A stretch of 64,000 nt of DNA from Candidatus Bathyarchaeota archaeon (GTDB taxonomy: Archaea; Thermoproteota; Bathyarchaeia; Bathyarchaeales; Bathycorpusculaceae). Made by a program: the position numbers and the translations under genes. The stretch spans positions 1,952,001 to 2,016,000 of the forward strand of contig OY970280.1 of assembly GCA_963715865.1 (NCBI GenBank), in the 5' to 3' direction. The notes under the pieces were generated by a model, which had not been told where the DNA came from, did not search any database, and worked only from the letters and a program-made list of their open reading frames with translations. Positions 57,954 through 64,000 of this stretch are shown piece after piece (within the stretch, counting starts at the first letter, position 1; each line of letters opens with the position of its first letter).

Positions 57954-58258
57954 ACATTTACAACTTCTTCTAAAACATGTTTTCCTATTCTTGTTTTGAG
58001 GGTTTGCTTTTCGACAAGGTCAACTTTGACCCCTAAAACCTCAGTCAGGTAATTTTCAAATCTGATGAAGCCAAGCAGGCTCAGGCTTGCTGATTCGTCG
58101 AACTCGACCAAAATGTCAACGTCACTTGTTTTTTTCTGTTCGCCTCTAACGTAAGAACCGAATATGCCTATTTCTTTCACTTTGTATTTTTGCTTCAATT
58201 CTTCTTTGTGCTTGGCCAGAATGCTTCTTATTTCCTCGAATGTTTTCATGCCTGTCAT
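57950..58258 (-). CDS. Minimal nucleotidyltransferase (MNT) antitoxin
   Basis: FGSYVRGEQ...SDVDIL motif; overlaps the HEPN gene. Confidence 0.9.
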   Translation of the reverse strand: MTGMKTFEEIRSILAKHKEELKQKYKVKEIGIFGSYVRGEQKKTSDVDILVEFDESASLSLLGFIRFENYLTEVLGVKVDLVEKQTLKTRIGKHVLEEVVNV

Positions 58259-58315
58259 ACTTTAAGTTGGATATTGAAAAGTTAAGGTTTGCCCTTTGTC
58301 TTCTGTAAACCGTAA

Positions 58316-58416
58316 TGGTGCGGTCGCCGGGATGCAGACCCAAACGGGTTCAAATACCAACTGAAACCGAACTGAGGTGGAGCCGCTGGGCCCCGAACCC
58401 AAACTCTGGTGGAGCC
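58316..58416 (-). repeat. Cluster of tRNA 3'-end remnants
   Basis: 58316-58333 ATCCCGGCGACCGCACCA (17/18 identical to 57497-57514); 58376-58400 GGGTTCGGGGCCCAGCGGCTCCACC; 58407-58416 GGCTCCACCA. Confidence 0.65.
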
Positions 58417-58730
58417 TCATCTAAGAATTATTTACCTGGATTCCAATTTTCTATTGACGCTTCAAGAGGTCAAATCTTCATCGCTCCCTCCTGACGCACA
58501 TGGAAAGACTAAGCCACGTTTCCTAAAAAAAGACAATGGGGGATTGGCGACATCTTAGAGCATTTAGGGTTTGCTGAGGCTCTGGAACATTCTTTAGGAG
58601 AAAAGAAACGCAAAGCTTGCTAAAGGCTATTGCTTTTTGTTAATTTAACCAGAGCCTTCTCAGCCCTCATCTCTTCTCCATTGCTTTTTAAGACTAAAAA
58701 AGGGGGAAGTGTTGTTTTTGTTTGGCATTT

Positions 58731-61400
58731 TTATGGTCGTTTCCTGAGTATAAGTACTGTAGCAATGGCTATTGCTATGATTATGGCGACTGTTGAAATG
58801 GCAAAGTATGTCTCTGTAGGTGGCAAATTAACTACTGGATATGGCGATGCCGTTGGCGCTGCAGCGCTAGCGTAGATGTGTGTTTCACCGTATGATGGCC
58901 AGTAACCGTTGGTGCCAGCGAAATTAGCGTAAACTGTGAAGTTCCCTGGAATGTCAGGTGTCCATGCAAGGCTGAAAGAGCCGCTTGCATCAGTTGTTGT
59001 AGTGCCTATGCTTCTGAAGTTGTTGTTAGAGTCTAAGACATTTATTGTCACTGGAACGCCTGTGAAATCAGTCGGGCATGGTTGCTGCTGGTAAACGTAG
59101 CCCATCCAATCCTTCATGCTTGCATCAGATGCAACTGGAACTCCATTCGGAAAGTCAGCTGCCTGCTCAGTTTGCTTAGTGCCAGTAGAAATATCAGTCA
59201 CTGTACCCTGTATCACCACTGTTGTCCCTACATCGACAGAAGTAAGTGGCGCCTGAACTGTAGTAGCACTTGGTCCTCTGCCAACAACGTAGATTTGATT
59301 ATCATAGCCATTGAACCATGTATTATAGCCGTCCGCCATAGCGTAACTAAAGACCTCGAATTCACCAGTATACTCTGAAATGGTCCAGATTTCTGCTCCA
59401 GTCGTAGCGTTAATTGCACGTGCCAATCCACCTTTGAATAGTGGTGTTTCAGGAGTGTGCTCTGTTGTGACGGTGTAGACTATTCCGCTGCCGATGGCGT
59501 TAACGAAGGTTGGATAGTGGCTGAAAGGTGTTTCAAGGCCAGAATCTGTGCTGTTGCCTTCACCGCCATTACCGTATGTCCAAAGAATATTTCCATTCTT
59601 TGTATCGTAGCAATAGACTATGCCCGCGTATGCGCTACTGTACATTTTACCATAAGCAAACGCATTTGCCAAGCTACCGGATGCTGGGCTGCCGTAGTAA
59701 TCAAGGTATGATTGCGCTGTAGTTGGACCCCAAAGTTTCGCGCCAGTATCTAAGCTGTAGCCTACATACTGCATAGTTTCCCTATAGTTTTCAACGAAGA
59801 CACGATTTACTGGGTCAATCCCTGCTTCTAGGACAGTGATATTTCCTGCAGGAGGGTTATAGGTCTGGTGCCACAATATTGAGCCAAGTCCACTTCCTTG
59901 GTTGATGTTGATTGCGAAGTATGTGTAGGGAGTCCAGCTTGGTAAACCCATGAACACGGCGCCTACTGCAGGTAGACTACCGCTGTAACAAAGCAGCAGA
60001 TCATTATTGATTGCTCCGACTTCAGTAGTAGCACCCGCAGTGTTCACGTATGGCACAGAAACGTTGTAGTCTAACATGCTTGGATCGGCTCCGTCAGTTA
60101 TCGGCGGAACTTCAGTGGGCGATGTTGATTCACCATTGTATTGACCAGTCCACAGTCGGGATGAGTTCCACTCTTGCAGATAGTAGTTTGTGGGTCCTGT
60201 CGGGTTACCGAACATATCTTTGGGTCCCAAGTTTACCAGGGACAGTATTAGGTGTTCACCGTTTGGACCAAGTATTGTTGTGCCTGAGGGAACATTAGTT
60301 ACGTTGAACATTGGATCTCCTGTGTATGCATCAAAAGCTCTCCAAGATGACGTGAAGAGTATTGGTGGGTAAACTCCGTGTTGGTTAGCGTCTTGAACGT
60401 CATAAATGTAGGCGAATGACAGTGCGGGTACGTCGCTGCGAGACCAAACTACTTGCCCTGTTTGCAGGTTGACGCAGTCGGTTGGACCGTAAGCGCCACC
60501 AGCCAGGGAACCTGGGACACCTGAGAACGATATAGGTTCAGTGTAGTACAAAAATCCGTTAACAATTATCGGATTGGTGTATCTTTGATTGTACGCGGAA
60601 CCCTCGAAGTATGAGTCGCCCGCAATTGCAGTTTGGTTTCCTCCGACAATGCCGCCCATTTGCAGGGGCTTGGTCCACATAACGTGGCTGGTAAGAGAGC
60701 CTACTAGGTCTCCTGCTCCGGCTAATTGTTCACCGTTGCCTCCCAAATTGTATGTACCGCTGAAGCCTGTGTATCCTGGTGCACCTGAACCTAGCCAGTT
60801 TGACGAAATCGTGTACCAGTTAGAGTTATAACCGTATATTGGGCGTGTCCAGTAAGCAGTTGGAAGCGGAGTTGTTGGGTAATTGGCAATTGGTGTTTGC
60901 TGAACAGTGAGTGTTGTTGATGCAGAGCTGGCTTCATAAGTATCGTTATAGTATGGGCTTTGTCCAAAAGTAAAGTAGATGAAGGATAAAACTGGCTCAG
61001 TGTATGTGTACACTTGTCCTGGGAAATTAAAGGTGAGATTGTATGTGCCGGTTTGGGTAGGAGTGAAGTAGTAGTCCTGTGCTCCTGTTGAATCTGAGAC
61101 AACAGCCCAAGTCTGTGTTGTTTTTGTACCGTCAGGCGCAGTAATGGTGAGACCGTAGTTGTGCCATCGAACATCATTCGGTATTGCTGCTCCATCTATT
61201 ACCAAGTTAAGCCACATGATAACTTCCACTGATTGACCAGTACCTACTGGATTAGGTGAAACGTTAATGTAGGCGTACGTTGGGACATTCCATGCAGGTG
61301 TATGTGCACTAGCAGTTGGCACTAGCATCATTGAAGCTGTCATTGAAAACATTAGGAATATAGCAATCGCAATAGCTGCAGATTTACTTTTTGTTTGCAT
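58731..61400 (-). CDS. Large PQQ-like beta-propeller surface protein with C-terminal TM anchor
   Basis: Signal peptide, repeated (D/N)xxTGxxxW blades, Ig-like flanks, TM helix plus RKRP; start set at ATG 61400. Confidence 0.78.
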   Translation of the reverse strand: MQTKSKSAAIAIAIFLMFSMTASMMLVPTASAHTPAWNVPTYAYINVSPNPVGTGQSVEVIMWLNLVIDGAAIPNDVRWHNYGLTITAPDGTKTTQTWAVVSDSTGAQDYYFTPTQTGTYNLTFNFPGQVYTYTEPVLSFIYFTFGQSPYYNDTYEASSASTTLTVQQTPIANYPTTPLPTAYWTRPIYGYNSNWYTISSNWLGSGAPGYTGFSGTYNLGGNGEQLAGAGDLVGSLTSHVMWTKPLQMGGIVGGNQTAIAGDSYFEGSAYNQRYTNPIIVNGFLYYTEPISFSGVPGSLAGGAYGPTDCVNLQTGQVVWSRSDVPALSFAYIYDVQDANQHGVYPPILFTSSWRAFDAYTGDPMFNVTNVPSGTTILGPNGEHLILSLVNLGPKDMFGNPTGPTNYYLQEWNSSRLWTGQYNGESTSPTEVPPITDGADPSMLDYNVSVPYVNTAGATTEVGAINNDLLLCYSGSLPAVGAVFMGLPSWTPYTYFAININQGSGLGSILWHQTYNPPAGNITVLEAGIDPVNRVFVENYRETMQYVGYSLDTGAKLWGPTTAQSYLDYYGSPASGSLANAFAYGKMYSSAYAGIVYCYDTKNGNILWTYGNGGEGNSTDSGLETPFSHYPTFVNAIGSGIVYTVTTEHTPETPLFKGGLARAINATTGAEIWTISEYTGEFEVFSYAMADGYNTWFNGYDNQIYVVGRGPSATTVQAPLTSVDVGTTVVIQGTVTDISTGTKQTEQAADFPNGVPVASDASMKDWMGYVYQQQPCPTDFTGVPVTINVLDSNNNFRSIGTTTTDASGSFSLAWTPDIPGNFTVYANFAGTNGYWPSYGETHIYASAAAPTASPYPVVNLPPTETYFAISTVAIIIAIAIATVLILRKRP

Positions 61401-61644
61401 TTTTCTTTTTTCTCCTTTTTCTGTGATCAAACTCTTGCCGTTATTTTGTATTTAAAACTTTAGATTACTAACAAAAATATCGAATAAAATTGCCATTTTT
61501 TACAACAAAAGGCAATAATATAAGTTTAAATCACAACACAAAATCTGCCAACAGCAAAACTGGAAATAAAACCGATAATGCCAAATGTGCGATGAATTTA
61601 AATACAATAAAAAGTACCATGAACCCTAACGAGGGATACCAGTC

Positions 61645-62628
61645 TTAACCGACCAAGTTAGCGCAGTTCAGGCAAAAATTCTCAAAGAGTTAATAGCCGA
61701 CGGACGCAAAAGTAACACTGAAATTGCGAAAAAAATAGGCACAACAAAAGAAATTGTCAAGAAAAATATTAACCTAATGGAACAAGCTGGCATAATTGTA
61801 GGAGCGACAATACACATTAATTATAAGAGTTTCGGTTACAAAGCAGTAGCACATATCTTAATCAATGTTGACTCACGGCAAGAAAATCAACTTATTGAAT
61901 ACCTGCAAAAAATGCCAGGAGTTTATTCCTTCTACAGCAGGGGGATCAAAGGAAACATAGATGTTGTTGCTACTCTTAAGACGCTTGAACAATTGAACGA
62001 AATCAAGGATGCCATCAAAAGTCATTTTTCAGTCTTCGAAATGAGAACTGCAATCTGGACAGATGTAAAAGAAATGAACGAGAACTTGTCAATAATTCCT
62101 GAAAACAGGAAAAATGTTGGGGAAACAATCAATTATCAGACGAAGACTCAGGAAAAAAGCAACCCTCAAACCATACATATCGATCAAATTGATCAAAAAA
62201 TAGCGGATAAACTCGCTGAGAACGGAAGGGTATCCATGGAGACACTCGGTAGAGAAATAGGAATCGCATCTGATACTGCTAAAAGGAGATACGAAAAACT
62301 AAAGAAAAACGGTGTACTAAAAGTCACAACTCAAATTAACCCCACTAAAATTGGATACCAAGCCTTATGCCTTTTTTTCACTATCACCTCGCACGAAAAT
62401 TCATTATTAATTATTGAGAAAATCAGCAAGATACTGGACATCATAAGCATCATGAAAACAACAGGAGACTACGACTTGCAAATATGGGCAATGATACAAG
62501 ATGTAGAGCAATTGCTTTCAATTCAAGAAGAGCTTGGAAAAATTCAAGGAATATTGAAAACGGACATAGAAATAGTGAGAGTACGAGACAAATGGCCAAC
62601 CCCGCGCCAATACATATCGACTTTTTAA
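61645..62628 (+). CDS. Tandem (double) Lrp/AsnC regulator; no canonical start for the first HTH
   Basis: Frame open from 61630: (L)TDQVSAVQAKILKELIADGRKSNTEIAKKIG precedes the tracked ATG 61777; two HTH+RAM modules. Confidence 0.8.
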   Translation, partial: LTDQVSAVQAKILKELIADGRKSNTEIAKKIGTTKEIVKKNINLMEQAGIIVGATIHINYKSFGYKAVAHILINVDSRQENQLIEYLQKMPGVYSFYSRGIKGNIDVVATLKTLEQLNEIKDAIKSHFSVFEMRTAIWTDVKEMNENLSIIPENRKNVGETINYQTKTQEKSNPQTIHIDQIDQKIADKLAENGRVSMETLGREIGIASDTAKRRYEKLKKNGVLKVTTQINPTKIGYQALCLFFTITSHENSLLIIEKISKILDIISIMKTTGDYDLQIWAMIQDVEQLLSIQEELGKIQGILKTDIEIVRVRDKWPTPRQYISTF

Positions 62629-62757
62629 ACAAAGCTATCTGGTCGTCAAATTAGCCAAAAATTAAATAAATTTGCATTTTTAGCTAAAACATTTCGAGAA
62701 AACAAGAAATTTTAAATCTTAAAAATTCGCACAAGCTTTACAAAAGGGAAAAATTGC

Positions 62758-63744
62758 GTGTCTAAAATCAATGAGCTTGACTCAAAAATACTTAAAAATC
62801 TACTAGAAGATGGGCGGACAGGTTATGAAAAAATAGCAAAAGAATGTGGAGTGTCGGAAAACAAAGTTTGGAAACGCTACAGGGCGATGGAAAAAAAAGG
62901 CATAATTAATGGAGCAACAGTTCAGATGAATTTTGGTCATTTCGGCTATGATGCGCTTGCAACTATGCTTATCAGTGTTGAGGCTCAGCAAATTGAGCAG
63001 GTTATGGAATTTATAGGGAAAATAACTGAGGTGCGTGCTTACCGACAGTATAACAGTGTTTACAATGTTAGAGCAGTTGCAACGTTAAGGGACCTAAATG
63101 AATTGGATCATGTGAAGCAGCAGGTAATTAAGCGAAAGCTGCCCACTATGGGTTTAAAAACTTACATTTGGACTGGCGTTAGAAACATTCCTGAAAACTT
63201 AAACCTTACTGGCACTCTACAAGACACCAACGAAAGCAATCAACGTAAATCAAACAAACCGATCCGAACACCGGGCGATGAAATTATAATTGATGAGCTT
63301 GACAAGCAAATCGTAGCAAAACTTACGTTGAACGGCCGCGCCTCGTTTACTAAAATTGCAAAAGAACTAGAATTATCAACTGACACAGTCATAAAAAGAT
63401 ATCACAAGCTAAGGGAAAAGGGCGCAATAAAGGTTTCAATCCAAATAAACCCAAATAAAATTGGATACACCTCGATATTAGATTTCAACATAGCTTTTAC
63501 CACTCCCGGCGTCTTGCCAGATACAGTAGTTGAGTCACTTGCGAAAATACCCGATGTAATTATAATTACAAAAACTAGCGGTGATTATGATCTGCAATTG
63601 TCGGCAATGATCAGAGACACTTCACAGTCATTCGCCATACAAGACCAAATCGCAAGGACCTGCGGCATAACAAAAATTGAAGTTAGCGCAAGGAAAATCC
63701 CCGACAGATGGCCAACCCAACAACAATATATATCCACATTCTGA
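62758..63744 (+). CDS. Tandem (double) Lrp/AsnC regulator
   Basis: ELDSKILKNLLEDGR... and ELDKQIVAKLTLNGR... HTHs, each followed by a RAM domain. Confidence 0.9.
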   Translation: MSKINELDSKILKNLLEDGRTGYEKIAKECGVSENKVWKRYRAMEKKGIINGATVQMNFGHFGYDALATMLISVEAQQIEQVMEFIGKITEVRAYRQYNSVYNVRAVATLRDLNELDHVKQQVIKRKLPTMGLKTYIWTGVRNIPENLNLTGTLQDTNESNQRKSNKPIRTPGDEIIIDELDKQIVAKLTLNGRASFTKIAKELELSTDTVIKRYHKLREKGAIKVSIQINPNKIGYTSILDFNIAFTTPGVLPDTVVESLAKIPDVIIITKTSGDYDLQLSAMIRDTSQSFAIQDQIARTCGITKIEVSARKIPDRWPTQQQYISTF

Positions 63745-64000
63745 TCTCAAAGTGAAGCTCGATCCATTCGCTTCTTGACCTTCCCTTTTTTGAAGCATGA
63801 TATATTTTTGTAGTATGCAGTTTGAGAGGGCTATGCTTGCAGGATGTTTTCGCGCGAACTTTGCTTTGCAACCCTTTTCGATAGGTTTACTCCCGCTATT
63901 CCAATTCGAACAAACGCAAATTCCTAGAATTCTTTGTCCAAAAACAAGCAAGAAAAAGGCAGGAAATAGGCAAAAGTGCATCGCTGGATTTGAACGGTAA

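Noticed and set aside
58573-58664. Imperfect inverted repeat GCTGAGGCTCTGG / CCAGAGCCTTCTCAGC as a MITE
   Set aside because: Short, contains an indel, no target-site duplication and no second copy in the window.
715-63981. Numerous antisense or overlapping ORFs in the track (e.g. 715-1149, 8266-8923, 25786-26163, 30667-31056, 60791-61195)
   Set aside because: They lie opposite or within well-supported genes and show no recognisable motifs; treated as shadow ORFs.
63975-63998. GTGCATCGCTGGATTTGAAC as another tRNA 3'-end remnant
   Set aside because: Needs two deletions to fit a T arm and acceptor, and lies at the window edge; cannot be supported.

Overview
64-kb archaeal chromosomal segment. 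The gene families, GGTGA/GGAGGTGA Shine-Dalgarno sites, frequent TTG/GTG starts and PQQ-like propeller plus membrane-anchored wHTH proteins suggest Bathyarchaeia; this is inference, no database search was run. From left to right: (1) rps15 (partial), a RecJ-like DHH protein, pcc1 and a ribophorin I-like membrane protein. (2) A ~20-kb oxidative/metal-stress block: ferredoxins, CopA, PDO, FprA, rubrerythrin, SOD, Zn-ferredoxin, a disulfide reductase, NrdH plus FTR-rubredoxin, Nth, Prx, a wHTH-VIT1 fusion, a ferritin-like protein and flavodoxin. (3) A tandem array of six KGG/GsiB-type hydrophilin genes plus DUF2795, sharing an unusual promoter element. (4) A 3.8-kb integrase-less islet bounded by a 17-bp repeat of the 3' end of an intron-containing tRNA-Arg(CCG). 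(5) Carbon and glycogen genes: truncated fbp, GT4s, a bacterial-type gap with archaeal-type pgk, GH57-DUF5752 and wHTH-DUF5752. (6) hypA plus Mrp-type ATPase, EndoQ and TldD/PmbA. (7) Two secreted Asp-box propeller proteins with a duplicated C-terminal module. (8) VapBC and MNT-HEPN toxin-antitoxin pairs interleaved with tRNA 3'-end remnants. (9) A large PQQ-like propeller surface protein and two double-Lrp regulators. Several decayed genes missing from the ORF track were found by hand: an internally deleted HtrA-like remnant, a possible Cas1-solo C-terminal remnant, and genes with stop or start-codon lesions. No CRISPR array, rRNA, intact transposase or intact integrase was seen. All product calls rest on motif recognition from memory, not on HMM searches.
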